Shown: in pieces, positions 1 through 12,960 of the stretch
Position numbering within the stretch: the first letter of the stretch is position 1
Layout: each line of letters begins with the position of its first letter
Source: Rhizodiscina lignyota
Taxonomy: Eukaryota
Assembly: GCA_010015805.1 (NCBI GenBank)
Contig: ML978135.1
Location: forward strand, 434,001-498,000
Direction: 5' to 3'
DNA length: 64,000 bases
Position numbers and translations under genes: made by a program
Notes under the pieces: generated by a model
Told to the model about the DNA's origin: nothing
What the model saw: only the letters and a program-made list of their open reading frames with translations
Databases searched by the model: none

Positions 1-62
1 AAGAACTATAATGCTATTAATTGGCCTGATATTTTCTGTCGACTTGCTAACAAAATTGTTAG

Positions 63-844
63 GTCCACTTGACACAGCAGCAGGAGACGCGATCTCTAAA
101 TGTACAACACTGCACACCCTTGTTGGAACGACCGAAGCCAATATGCCTGGAGCTCAATACGTGGAAAATGATCATTGGAACTATACGTACTTCCGTCCTG
201 ATGTTGGTGTAAACTGGCGCGATGTGGGCGCCGGAGTTTTCGAGCTCGTCCTCAAACGTGATTCGAAGTTCGACAAGTACTCATCAATATTCGCCACCTT
301 CCCACAGCTGGATGAATTTTCGACCAGCGACCTTTACTCCAAGCATCCGACCGAACCGAATCTCTGGAAGTACGAAGGTCGAACTGATGACCTCATTGTT
401 TTCGCAAATGCAGGCAAGCTCAATCCTCTCGCATATGAGGAGGCGCTTCGAACGAATCCACATATCAACGCCGCACTTGTCATCGGCAACGGCCGCAGAA
501 ATCCATCCGTCTTGCTTGAACTTGCTGAATCCATTCCCACATCACTTGAGAAGATACTCGAGACAATGAGCAGCATCTGGCATACAATCGAAGCAGCCAA
601 CGCGGTGTCGCCAAAGCATGGGATCATTTCGCGATCGCACATTCTTGTCGCAAGGCCCAACAAGCCATTCTTGCGCACATCGAAAGGGACAATCAGGCGG
701 CAGGTGACACTTACGGAGTATAAGAATGAGATTGATGAGCTGTATACAAGTTTAGAGGAGCCGAGGCCTCTTATTGAGGCTATGCCGGCGGCAGAATCGG
801 TTAATGGCGTTCACGAGTCGCGAGAGACTACGGTTGCAGCATGA
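63..844 (+). CDS. 3' part of an NRPS-like adenylate-forming enzyme (ANL superfamily); 5' end lies outside the window
   Basis: Branch/acceptor gctaac...ttag ends at 62. Motifs GTTEA, DLYSKHP, WKYEGRTDDLIV, GKLNP and FLRTSKGTIRR resemble fungal NRPS-like A domains. Stops at 844 with no thiolation or reductase domain. Confidence 0.8.
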
Positions 845-1158
845 GTTCAAACAAATTCAAGAGGAGATAACTTTTTCTTCATATGACCAATTTTAACTAA
901 ATGCTGGTTTAAGAGTCGTCTATACCTTGCTTTCGGATATCCCTGTGTGGAAGTGCGGTCTATGCTTTACCACCGAGGCGTTCTGTGATAGATACGAAAC
1001 GTCATCTCCTTCAGCCATCCCTTTCTTCCACTAGACTAGTATACAAAGTGAAAGTTCATCCCGATATAGACCAAACGCCGTAGCTGCCCCTCCCCGAGCA
1101 TTATGAACTTCTGCTTATCAGTCGTCCTTTCTTCTTCGCAATAACCATTAGTAAAAGC

Positions 1159-2232
1159 TCAGAGACTCCTCAGTGTGTCTAGAACATCAAGCAATTGTGG
1201 CCGGACGAACTGTCGTCCCTGTCTTTCAGCACGCCTGTGCTCGTCAACTTTTGCAGTCAAAGCTTCTATGAGGTTCCGTTGTGCACTCCGGAAGCCTTTT
1301 TCTCGTGCCACCAAGGAATCCAGCCTGAGATCATATTTGTGACGCAGCCTCATGATATGTCGTTTAGCGATACCAAGTAGCTCTGCTGTTGGAGGTCCAC
1401 GAATAGTGGTGCGCCCCACTTCTGGACTTCCGTTATGCCCATCCTTCTGCATCTTCTGTTCCTTTTTCAATACGGTCCAATCTTTGATCCTGAAAATAAG
1501 ATTAATTTTGCTGCGGACCACTCCGGCATCGGGCATTGGCTTTTGCAACTCCATCTCGAGTTCGCTGTCGACCCTTGCGATAAAATCATGTGCTCCTTTG
1601 GGGAGGAAGACCGGCGAAATGGTCTGGGGCGGGAGTGAGTGGTCGTGCACGATCTCAAACAGGAAGTCGACCATATTGACTTGGAAACGAATGACGTGAA
1701 TGTTTACCGCGGCCTTGGGAAGCTGAGCACCGATTTGCTCCCCAAGTTTGTCAATTTGAGCCCACACCTTCGCTAGAACTCTTCGCGGGAAGAATTCCAT
1801 CTCGTAATCCAATTTCGTCGATTCGCCATTGGCTAAACGTCTTTGGTGTGGCGCAACGGTCGGCTGAGTGGAAGGCTTTCCCCGGTAAGAAACACTCTCA
1901 ACTTCCTTCGATTTGCGGCTGATCTTCCTGATGAAACGACGCATCTCCATTGTTAGCACGGTGTTTGGATTCGGCTGCGCAAGCTCGTCGTCAATCAGAT
2001 TCTGAAGTTCGAGAATGTATCGAGTGGTGCATTCAGAGATCCTCGTAGTTCGCATGAGATCACGTAACTTGTCCTCTGTTGAAGTCTGTCTGGCCAGACG
2101 TCTCGCCACCGAAAGATATGGATCGGGAGTTGGGCGATGTGGTGGCATCGAGGGAGGCAGGTGTGCATCGGCGTCATCTTCCGATGTAGCCTCTGAGGCT
2201 GTGTGACTATTTTGGTCTGTCGGTGGTGCCAT
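1159..2232 (-). CDS. Hypothetical protein, 357 aa, charged and probably helical
   Basis: Single long ATG-initiated ORF with a TATA-like element upstream; no recognisable domain. Confidence 0.55.
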   Translation of the reverse strand: MAPPTDQNSHTASEATSEDDADAHLPPSMPPHRPTPDPYLSVARRLARQTSTEDKLRDLMRTTRISECTTRYILELQNLIDDELAQPNPNTVLTMEMRRFIRKISRKSKEVESVSYRGKPSTQPTVAPHQRRLANGESTKLDYEMEFFPRRVLAKVWAQIDKLGEQIGAQLPKAAVNIHVIRFQVNMVDFLFEIVHDHSLPPQTISPVFLPKGAHDFIARVDSELEMELQKPMPDAGVVRSKINLIFRIKDWTVLKKEQKMQKDGHNGSPEVGRTTIRGPPTAELLGIAKRHIMRLRHKYDLRLDSLVAREKGFRSAQRNLIEALTAKVDEHRRAERQGRQFVRPQLLDVLDTLRSL

Positions 2233-2840
2233 TGTCGATAAAGCAATGGAAATGGCACTGACACTCGAGTGTTGACGATTCAGAGAGGCAATTGGAAGGG
2301 AGATGTAAAGAGAAGTGCTTCAAGGTCTATAAATAGTCCTCCTCGTTTTGTGAGTGTTAAGCCGGCTGATATTTGTCCAAAAAGTGTGTTTGTTCTATGT
2401 CAAGTTTGTTCGAACCCGTTCGGAATATCGAAGGCGTTTCGGGCTACCCCGATGTGAGCCGAACGCTAAGAGTTCGAGCGTTATGACTTGTTGACCGGTC
2501 CGTCGGGTAAGAAACACAACTTCACAGAGATGAGATTTGAGATATCCAGCTTCGGATACAGGCTTTGTAAGGATGGGTCGGGAAGAGAGGGCCAACAGCT
2601 TTGCTGAAGTGCTCAGTGGCCGAAGGATGCACGAGGGTGATGACACAGAGATGTAACACTTCAGAAGACTCGAAGAATTGCAGTGAAATTTTCGTGAAGA
2701 GTTCGTAAAAAGCGTGTCGGGTATTCAAAAGTACACAATTTGCCTCTCTCCCATCCTATCGCCAATTTTGAATTAATTCGAACTCCGGAATTATCACAGG
2801 CTCTAGGCCGTCCCACCAAACAAACTGCCAACCAGTCATT

Positions 2841-4584
2841 TCATGCGTGGATAGCCTGCTGAACATGTGGATATACGCTGACCATCCGCGCGTACAGATC
2901 TGGGTGATCCCTCATCAAGATTTCTGGATCCCACGCCATCGCTACGAAGATGGTCTCCAGACCACTCGATAGTGGTTGTGTGAAGGTATTGCAAATTTGG
3001 AGGCCAATGAGGAAGGCAAATGCCACCACGACCGGCGTGAACTCGTCGTTTGCGTTATACGCCGGATGCGTGAAGACAAGGTAGAGGTATGCTAGGAACG
3101 CAGTTGCGAAGGCGACGAACATGGCGCCCATCGAAAATACAGGACCAACCCTGGACTTCGTTAGCTCAAAATTTTCACACAGGGTGAGTCTCCATACAGG
3201 CATTCGTTAACCAATGCGTCAATCCCTCTGTCTTTGATCATCCTCCACGTATCTTTGGCAGCCTGGAGATAGCTCTTTCCATACAGAGCAATATGGCTGA
3301 ATGCATATCGATTGATGAACTGTACGGCCCAGTCCAGGAGTCCAATGAAGCACTGCAGGATACAGAAGAATGCGACGCCCACAATATTGCCGTCCTGGGC
3401 AGATGACTGCTGTGCGATGGAGCAAATCTGGCGCAAGCAGTTGATTATGGTCACAACCAAACTGCCAAAACTTATGCTACCAAAGCTGTATGTCATCGCG
3501 CGGCGGAATGCGCCTCGAGTCGCTGCCCTTGGGAAGTTGTTTGAGCAGAAGTACCAACTGCCGTAGACACCAGAAATGGTGACATGGATCACGTTCTTTA
3601 TGACCTCGGAAACGTAGTATGCGGCGAAAGTTACCAGAACAATGAGGCCAATCACTTTTCCGGTTCCGCAACTGCCAGCGCCTTCGTTGCAGGCTGGATT
3701 GTTGCCTGGTTCGTATTTCACGTAGATCGCGACGAGGGTCACTGAGAACCATGCGGCGAAGGCAGTCGCAATAAAGCCTCCGATGAAGCTGACGAGGTAC
3801 ACTTAACAAATTGTCAGCCATGCGGAACATCAACGTCAAATTAAGCCGCTCCTGAGAGCATCCGCATTTCAGAATCACTCACCGTGGCCATAATTCTTGG
3901 ATACGTCAACGGTAGTTTGCAACATCAACACGCTAAACGGGATCCTTCTGCGCCAGCTGATGAAGCAGATCAAGCTGAAAATGGCAAATAGCAGGAAGAC
4001 TATGCCGCCGGACCAGTATTTTCTGCTGAGCATGTAGATTGCCGTCGCAAAGCCCCACACGACGTTCAGTATGCCAGTTGTCCAGATAAATTGTTTTGTA
4101 AAGAGGCGAGCGAGCCAAATATACGCGTAGGAGAGGACGATGGCCATGACCAGCACGAAGGCAAAGCCAATTACGGTATTGGAAGAGAGGCCGAAAGTGT
4201 TTCCACCGCCGTAGATGCCGCCATTGAAATCAATCGTTTGGTCGTACCCGTTCAGCGTTATGCCAGAGACTGCGACGAAGGCGGCGAAAATAGCTATGAA
4301 CTGTGATGATTGTTAGCGCATCAGTCACATCCCTGGCAAGAGCATTTCGAAAGGGCGAATTGGCGAATTGGGTATCATACAAAGATAGCAGCCCACAAAT
4401 CGTTGTACTTCGGCTTTTCCAGCTTAAACGCCTGGTCGAATGTTGGTTTCTCGGACCAGCCGCCTTGAGGTTGTTGTGAACCGTACTGTGGAGGCTGTTG
4501 AGTATACTTTGGTTGCATTCCGTAGTCTGGTTGGCTGCCGTTCTGAGGCGCACCGGCACCTTGATAATAATCCTGAGCAGACAT
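2841..4584 (-). CDS. PNS1: PNS1 / choline-transporter-like (CTL) membrane protein, 4 exons
   Basis: KPKYNDLWA, RRRIPFS, HVTISGVYGSWYF, YSFGSISFGSL, NRYAFSHIALYGKSY..AAKDTW; GT-AG introns join the ORF pieces. Confidence 0.9.
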
Positions 4585-4862
4585 TTCCCTCGATATCAAA
4601 GCCGTGCAACCGAATAGCGAAGGAAGTGATGGGAGAAAAAACCAAGGTTGTAGAAACGGCTTGAGCTCAGTGACGAAAACATAGACTAATGACGGCTTGG
4701 CTGGCCCTAGTTCCACACATCGGCGCTAGTGACGCTAGCGCGGCTCGGATCTCGGCTGGTGCACGGACATACGTCATGTATCGCGATCGCGATCCTGATT
4801 CAGGTACTCATCGTAACTGCAAAACCGGACAATACCATTGTGCGCGAGTCCAATCTCAGTTG

Positions 4863-5738
4863 TTACAAAAATGCCCTTGCATGCGACACCGCTACGAGAC
4901 CAGCTTGGCCTTCAGCGTTACCGTCGGACGGCAGACCATCTCCCTCATCAAACCCACATGCCGAATCGGTCTCATGTTTCTGCGTGGTTTGGGATCCCCC
5001 TGTATCAGGGACTTCGTTCGAGTTTCTTGCGGCCTCTTCAGCTTCCATCAGATCGTCCATGCTCTGCACCACAATGTTCCCAACTCCCGATTCGATAGCC
5101 TCGGCGGACAGCTTCAATACTCCAAAACGTCCCAGGGAGATTGCAAACCTCTTGCCTTGAAATCTCTTTTGCTCCAGTTTGAGCTATACATTGGTTAGCC
5201 CAATCGATTATGTAAAAATTGTATGCCTGCTCACCTTTCTATAATCTTCCGAGTCGATGCCTCCACCTGCCTGCGCCTTGGCGTATCTCATGGCCTTCTC
5301 GGCCCTGTAAGCGATCCATTCGTAGAGCTCGAGCTTGTTCTGCCATTCTTTGCTGTCGAGGTCGTTGATCCGTTCTCCCGTGTCCAAGTTCCTAGGGTTT
5401 TTGAACCTAAGCTTAGCTGAAAGGTTCAAGCACTGCTCAGCATGGTATAATTGGTCGTGGCCCGAAGTGAGGAGGAGGATGTGGAAACCGAGCCGGGTTT
5501 CGAGGCCGAACTTTTGTTTGTGTTTGGCGAGTAGACGGTGCGCCTCGGAGAAGGCTTTCTCCAAGTCTTCATTTTTAAACGCTTCCCGCATCACTCTGCC
5601 CTCATCGTAAAAGGTGAGGACGAAATCCGTGTAATGTAAGGACTTTGTCTTGCTTTCCAGTGCCGCTATCTGCGATTCCGTTTTGCGCATCAAGTCCTTG
5701 TAACTCTGGGTATTGGGTGGAGTTTCTTGTGGCTCCAT
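4863..5738 (-). CDS. Hypothetical 2-exon protein with acidic C-terminus
   Basis: MEPQETPP... ORF, then intron gtgagc...ctaaccaatgtatag (~5184-5234) joining the 4863-5117 frame. Confidence 0.5.
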
Positions 5739-6390
5739 GTTCGATTTTGCTTCTGCAAGAATAACCAATGGGGTATTGAAAGAAGTGAAAGCGTTTGGAA
5801 GTAGCGAAGGCTCTTTTACTAAATAGTCAAGACGTTTGAATGGATATTGAGTTGACTTTGTACTGAGAGTAATTGAAGATATTATCAACTTCATTCCTGA
5901 TAAACAAAACTGTTCGCGGAGAAAGGGCAGTCGCGGCCAGGCGTCGTACGAGAGAAGGAGTCCTGAAAGTAATGAAAGACAGTGACGGTTTTTGGGAAAC
6001 ACCTGCCCAATGCTTCCCAACGATGTTTCTTCTACTTTGTTTCTGGTCCGCATGTTTCACCCTGTCATCAAAGAAGTATGAACCTAGCAAGTTGCATTCA
6101 CCGACCTGAATCCTCCGAGCAAGACCAATGAAGTAATCGGAAAATACTAAGGAGAAGGACGTAGAAGTGATGCGAGATATTCGAAAATATTGGTAAGATG
6201 CGTAGAACATACCGGATTCCTTGACCGTGGGTGGTCTTTTGGTTGAAGCCCCCAGCTCCAAATTGTTCAATCAATGTTCGGCACATCGGAGGTGTTACGA
6301 GATGAACTGTCAAGGCTCCGAAGTTTAAAGGAGTGTCCTCTATTCCAAATACGCGGTCGCGGCCGTCATACTTGCTTGGAATCTAGCTGC

Positions 6391-8290
6391 TCATTCGGCC
6401 GCCTTGATGCTGGAATTCCTTCTCTCAATTTCAAGCGCCTGTTCCTCCGCTGCTTGTATAGTCTTCTTCGGCCCTTCGAACCAATGGCGAGCGCCCCAAA
6501 CTGGGAGGAACCATCCACCAGCAGATATGACAGTAACAATTCCGATTGTGATCGGTGCGTAATTCAGCGTTTCTGCGGCGATCATCAGTCAAAATCCGCC
6601 TCTGAGAGGAAAAGCCACTAACCTTCGGTAACTGGGTACAATTGTGGCAGGACCAACACCGCAAACAAGAATGTGATGTAAAGCCCAGCAATAATTGCCA
6701 TATACACAGAAAAGTGGCCCAAATTCCAAGTTGGCGATGGCTGGAAACGTTTCCGTCCGATTGTATGCCTTGCAACAATTGGGATCAAGTATGAGAAATT
6801 CGTGCAAATCGTCGCAGTTGCTGTAATGGCGGTGAAGGCAACGGTTGAGCCGATGACCGCACAGGATATCAGTATGCTCAACAGGCAGACAAGAAATCCG
6901 GCGTTGACGGCCATCCTCTCCTTGCTGAGTTTGCGGAAATATTTCGACCCTGGTAGGACACCGTCTCTTGCAATGGCATATGTCACACGTTGGGCGCTCA
7001 TGAAGCACGATGCTAGGTTGGGGTATAAGCAGATTACAAGCAAGAGAATGTAGCAGAGATTTCTTACCTGTAGCACATGTCGAATCCACCCAAAGGAGGC
7101 ACAATATGGCAACAGCCCCGTTCTCTCCAATCAGCTGCACCAGGAAGATCCCCCAGTTGTTTGTCAGCGTCCCGGCCACGATGCCATCGAAATCCTGAAT
7201 GCAGAACAGAATCAATATCAATGTTGGCACAGACAGAAGCCAAGCCGACGCTGTGCTTATCCACATTCCTTTGGCAACCGTTTCACTCGCATCATGCGTT
7301 TCCTCAGCAAGATGTGCAGAAGCATCGTAGCCGTAGAATACCCAGGCCCCAAACAGGACTCCGACGACCCAGGTATACCCGTCCGATGCCGTTTGCTTAT
7401 CTCCCAAGTTGATCTGGTTAACAATGTGGTTGAAGACATCTTTTTTTGAAGCAAAATGTCCGCTTGCCTTGGCTGGGAACCATGTCCAGTAGAGCGCAAA
7501 CAGAGTGAAGAAGATGAATATGGCAAACCGGAAGTAGAGCTTAAGTATCCGCTGAGAAATAATATTGGGAGCCATGGCAACAAGCATACCGATAGCTGTA
7601 AGGAGCCATTGGAACCAGCCTTTGAAGAATATGTCCTGATTCGGGTATTTGATCTCGAGCGCAGAGAGCAGGAAATTGGTGCTTCCCTGTTGAACACCAG
7701 GTACGACACAAATCTGGGAAGGTCAGCTAAGTTGGTCAAACTGCAACTTATATATCACAAACCCATCCTGCCCAGTTCCACCAAGCTGTGAACCACGCTA
7801 ATGATGGGCCCCATTTCTCACCGCCAAGTCTGTATGCCCAGAAGTATATACCGCCGGCCGTTGGGAGAGCTGCAGCGATCTCTGCCATCACCAGCGAGAC
7901 AATTGTTGAAAGGCCGCCGACCATAGTCCTGCACGAAGTAGTCAGCTCACAGTTGCTTCATGCTCTCTTCTCTTTAAGCTGTACCAATTCGAAAAGGCAG
8001 CCGTCGGCCCTCCCGTATACATTGCAAAAGCAAATAAAACCGGAATGCCTGATATGAAATTCATGCTTGAAAAGGTCGCAGCCCAGTTCTCTTTAATAGC
8101 GTCAGGTCATTGTACCTCTACAAGGATTGGCGTTGCCTTTACCAAAGAATCCGAGCTTGCGATAGAACTCTTGCTTGTACCCAAGTTGGGCCAGTAAAAG
8201 CTCATCTTTGTTCATCAGAACCTTGCCGAATTCGACATCGCTCGAATTCACCTCCGGAGCAGGTCTCTTTTCGGTGATCTCGTCTTCCAT
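6391..8290 (-). CDS. APC-superfamily amino acid/amine permease (GABA/choline, Uga4/Hnm1-like), multi-exon
   Basis: LAQLGYKQEF, AEIAAALPTAGGIYFWAY, GYDASAHLAEET, R..YAIARDGVLP, PQLYPVT, GARHWFEGP; many hydrophobic segments. Confidence 0.9.
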
Positions 8291-9019
8291 AGTGACGTTG
8301 GTGACGTCTCTTAAAGAATTTTGAAAAGTGCGTATTCAGACAAGAAAGATCAAGCAACTGACAGGAAAATGTAATCTTGGGACTTATCCTGGATATGTAC
8401 ATTGAGAGCTCCTCGGCCCACACCTGCTATCGGCGTAGGTAGCGGTGTTCTAGATGCTTAGGCTCAATTCACCGAATATCGATGCTCATCTGGGTCCATC
8501 TGCCGACGCCACGAGTAGATCCATGCGAGCCGGTGAATCGCGGGCCTGTTTCATCTTCAGCTAGTTCGGCTGTAGGAACAAATTGCCGGAACAGGCATGC
8601 ATAGGCTGCCTTGTTATCTGGGGAAGTGCAGTAGCAAGGTCGTGTAGCTATCTATCAAGGTCGTATTGAGGCGAGGAGGTGCGGAACCAAGCTTTGACCA
8701 GTCGGGAAGGGGCATAGCTTCGCGCGGAATAAGCGTTCTAATGCGGATAGAGCCGAGAGGGACGTATCTTGCAGGGTGTAAGCAAACGATCGCTTCTTAT
8801 CAGTTTCATGTGCTTATCACTGGTCGTGAGAGGAAAGAGAGGCGGGAGACCAGGGTTGGGCTTTTGGAAACGTAACGTTCCCTCGGGAAACCTCCCAATC
8901 TCGACCCCACTTGAGCTGCATATCGATCGGTTGTGAGCGCAAGTACACTAAGAGAGAGGTTTAAAGAAGTAAAGCAGTCGGCCTTAACTTTTGAGCATTA
9001 TATTTGGAGGCAGTGCAAC

Positions 9020-10746
9020 ATGACGACCGTCGACAACCGGAATTTCCTTCGGGATGGCGGGTATCTGCAAAAGGGGAGACACAAAAACGTGCAAGCGACG
9101 GACCTGGGACAGAAAATAGGAGATCTCCTTCCGTCGAGATACTTCAGGGATGAGAAGATATACCAATTAGAGAGAAGATCTATCTTTGCGACGGTAATGA
9201 CTTCTTACGTTGATTTGTGTTTTCTTTATCGTTCATTTGCAGATGAGCTACTCAACCCCATTGCCACACAATTTGCATAATTCGCTGTCTCAGAGTCGAA
9301 GTTTTTGTACATGATGGTAATTCTTGTTTGTCTGACTTCTGTCAATGCAGCTATGGCACGTCGCCAGTTTCTCAGCAAGGTTCAAAAAGCCCGGGGACTA
9401 CCTGAATCTTGAGGTAAATTAGTACACGCCCTTCGCACGCGCAGCATCCTGATTTCAATAGATGTTCGGGTGGAACTTTTTCTTGATAAAAGCTGCGGAT
9501 GGAAAGATTAATGGCTTTCACAACGTGTGCCGGTACGATACGAGATCCATTCGATTGTGGTATCCCCAATAACGCTAATCGGCATAGTCATCGAGGGCAT
9601 CCTGTTGTCCAGAAGGAATGTGGTACATCTCAATTCGTAACATGTAAATTTCATGGCTGGTATTCGCTCCTAGCTCATACTGCGCTACTACTTAATCACC
9701 TGCTAATCGACGCAGGACGTATAAGCCAGATGGATCGCTGCACAAGGCCCGCGAATACAACAGTTTACCAGACTTCGACCCGAAGCAACACTCTCTATTT
9801 AAAGTCCATACTCATGTGACTGCGCAAGGCTTCATCTTCGTCAATTTTGATGCGCGAGAGAAGCCAACCGTGAGCTTCGTCGATCAGTTTGGCGACGATT
9901 TCGACCCAACACCGACAGCCGCGACCGGAAAAGTAGTTGGGGACGAGTTTGCTTTATTCGCGAAAGACGAGTATGAATATGATCACACGTGGGATTCCGC
10001 CGTCGGAGGGACCAAGTACAACTGGAAGACATTTGTTGACGGCTTTCAAGGTGAGCAACCAGCAATCAGAGTTCAGGATCCTGAATAACGAGTAAACTAA
10101 CGAATAAAAGAATGCTATCATTGTCTCACCGGGCATCCTACCACGCTTCCAAAGGATTTTTGCCTTAATGACTACTACCTCCGTCAGGGCCACGGCGCCA
10201 GTCGACACTTCCTCCCGCCAGCCAATTCATCGTTATCCGAAGCGTACATCACTTGGCTCTGGCCTCTCGGTGCAATTACATTCAGTGAGAACCTTCTATT
10301 CATTGTGCGATTCAACCCTTCTGGTGCGCTACAAACCAGGTATGATAGCGAAACGTATCGCCGCACGACCACGGTACCGAAGCCCAGTGAGGCGTACGAG
10401 AAGTGGATGAACCATGAGATTGCGTACTGGCGCCTGGTTGAAACTGAAGATGTCGAGTTAGCAGTCGATGCACAGAGGGGGTTCTTCAACGGGACTTTGG
10501 GTAAAGGGAGAATTCATCCAACGCAAGGTGAGCGAAACGCCCATTAGAGTTGCAGGATTCTGACACCGCTTTGTAGAGCATGCAGTTCGATGGTACCAAG
10601 AAAAGGTGAAAGATATATTGACGCGACATGCGGAGATGGAAGCGAAAGAAGGCAAGAATATTGACTATTCAATTCCCGAATCGCAGAGCAGCTATGAAGA
10701 AGACGACACGTTATGCAAGATGCTTGGACCGGAATACGAGTTTTAG
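9020..10746 (+). CDS. Rieske [2Fe-2S] non-heme iron oxygenase alpha subunit (choline/carnitine monooxygenase-like), about 7 exons
   Basis: Spliced motifs FHNVCRHRG and TCKFHGWTY (Rieske CxH...CxxH), NWKTFVDGFQECYHCLTGHP (mononuclear Fe His ligands) and ETED; ends ...GPEYEF-TAG. Confidence 0.88.
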
Positions 10747-11163
10747 AAAGAGAGGAGACATGCACATGAGAATGGGAAATTTGATGCGTTAAGTAATATA
10801 TACCGCTCACTTCCAAGCAAGATATCAATCAACAGGTACCGAGACGACCGTAGTAACAAACATGTATTGCAAGTCCAATCTAGGTACCAGGATCCTCTAG
10901 GGATGCTTGAAATGTAACCTCTTCTTTATCAATCACTTAAGCATCCCGTTGTATATATTCTATATACTGGGATCCCCTCACTGACAACAGCAGCGGGAGT
11001 AGCGATCTCTACTACGTTTTCTCGGCGTCTTAATTCACTCAGTGTCTGTAAGTCATATTTACTTTGCCATTCCAATAATCTTCTCACTGACCGCGCACTA
11101 GTAGCAGAGTCTTAAGAGTCTCAAGAACTTGAACTTTTTACCGTTTCCAGTATGGCGTACTCG

Positions 11164-11414
11164 GCGTTGAATGCTTCCTCCGTCGTTCCTTCCTTCCGAA
11201 GTCGAGCGCGCACGATGGACGACAACCCTCAACTTCAAATTCGCCTCAACTTCAACTTCGCCCACTTCATCCACCATATCCTGGTTCATCATCGATTCAT
11301 CGATGTATCGTCACGTCGCCCATTAATTCACGCGTTGAATTCTCCTTCCATCATTTCTCCCTTCCAAAGTCGAGCGCGTGCGGTGGACGACGACCCCCCT
11401 CCTCAACCCTCGCC
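11164..11414. repeat. Degenerate direct repeat, two copies of about 80 bp, 168 bp apart
   Basis: gcgttgaat...cttccgaagtcgagcgcgcacgatggacgacaaccc (11164-11245) versus gcgttgaat...cttccaaagtcgagcgcgtgcggtggacgacgaccc (11332-11414); differences are mostly transitions. Confidence 0.7.
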
Positions 11415-11453
11415 CGGTTCATCTCAAATTCCTGCTTTATTTCTAGTAAAGCT

Positions 11454-12960
11454 ATGGAAGCCAGCACAGAAGATGAGTTTCACAATCTCGATGAGGCACG
11501 ATCCGATGGAGAGTTTGACGAATCCGATCTTGAATCACTGCTAGACGACTTCGAACCGGCCGAGGAAGACTCTGAAGAATGTGACATTCTATCAGATGAC
11601 AGTTCGGATGACCTTGACGAGGAGTATGACTTTCTACGCCTCATCGACGCGGCAGATGAGTACGATGAGCAGGAAGAGGATAACGAGCAGGAAGAGGACA
11701 ATGAGCAGGATGAGGATTATGAGCCGGGTGAACATCAAGATGAGGAAGAAGAGGATGATGAACAGCATGAGGATCTCGAAGATGAAGAGTATGACGAGCA
11801 GAACATGTACACAGGTGATGGCTACGACAATCTTCAGTCTCATGGCTACGGCAATCAGTCTCATGGCTACGGCAATCCTCAATCTGGCCCTCTGTCTGCT
11901 ACTCAATCTGTCCCTCTGTCCGGCACTCAATCCGTCCCTCTGTCTGGCAATCCTGAGTCTGTCCCTCTGTCCGGCAATCCTCAGCCTGATGGCTACGGCA
12001 GTGCTCAGTCTGTTCCTCTACCCGGTATATTTGACGGCTTACTTCAAGGGCTCCAAAAGCACATGACCGCGATTGCTGTTCAGGCTGGCTACGCGAATGC
12101 TCCAATCAGGGACATCGTAAAGCCGTACGTCCCAGAAGGCTGTACCGTCTTGCACATCCTGACCGTATCGGCCAAATTCCCAAGCCGTAAACGGCAGCAG
12201 TGGAATAACGCATTCCAGCCCTCTATCCTTAATGACCCGGCGTACTCGATTCAGCGCGCCCTCTTTCCAGTCTTCCCTGAAATCGAGAAGGACGGCTGTC
12301 AAGGCGTGATGGACTATTGCCTGATGAAGTTGCCGCATCTTACTAAGGGTGGAAGGCGCATCTATGGTGACGCAGACTATCGCAATTCGCCGTACGTCCC
12401 GGCTTGGGACTATTGGCGTCAGCTGTTCCTTCAACTGGCTATTCAGAGGGGCGTACGCCACCTCATCACTTACGGCATTCCAGCTGGCAAAGGAATGAGA
12501 CGGTAGTTGCGGAACAACCCACAGTATCAGGGTCTGATCACTATGGACTGTGTCAATCACCTGGAGTTCATTGGCTTGCACGTCCCTCCTCCGAAGTTCT
12601 TTGAGAATATCGACAGGCTCAATGAGATCGGCGAGAAACTCGGCATTCAAGTCAACACTGGCTGCCTCATGAAACCCAATCGTGAAGAGAAAATCCCAAT
12701 GTACAACTTGCAGCCTACCCTCAAGAATCCATCGTCGCTGCAGCCGAAACGTCTCTTGAACCCAGTCGAGAAGAAGCCCAACCAGTCTGCTTACCGTAAG
12801 TAGTATTACTCTCGTAATTACACTAGAATCCTTACCTATAACTAATAATAGTACTATAACTATAAAGACAATACTAACTTTAAAGCGAGGTTAAGAGCTA
12901 ATAGCTAAGCGTATAGAAAGAGAAGAAAAAGAACGATCCGGTTTTTATTGCGAAGGCTAA
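11454..12960 (+). pseudogene. Disrupted gene: acidic N-terminus, tandem-repeat linker, globular domain, Y/K/R-rich tail; RIP-like stops
   Basis: 350-aa ORF, in-frame TAG at 12504-12506, same frame open to 12803, then multiple TAA/TAG in TpA-rich sequence. Confidence 0.6.
11820..12020 (+). repeat. Coding tandem repeats: 21-bp (QSHGYGN) and 24-bp (QSVPLSGT/N) units
   Basis: cagtctcatggctacggcaat x2; tctgtccctctgtccggc-type unit about x4. Confidence 0.8.

Noticed and set aside
2841..4584. PNS1 as part of a choline cluster
   Set aside because: PNS1 is a conserved core gene and fungal Pns1 is not shown to transport choline; adjacency may be chance.
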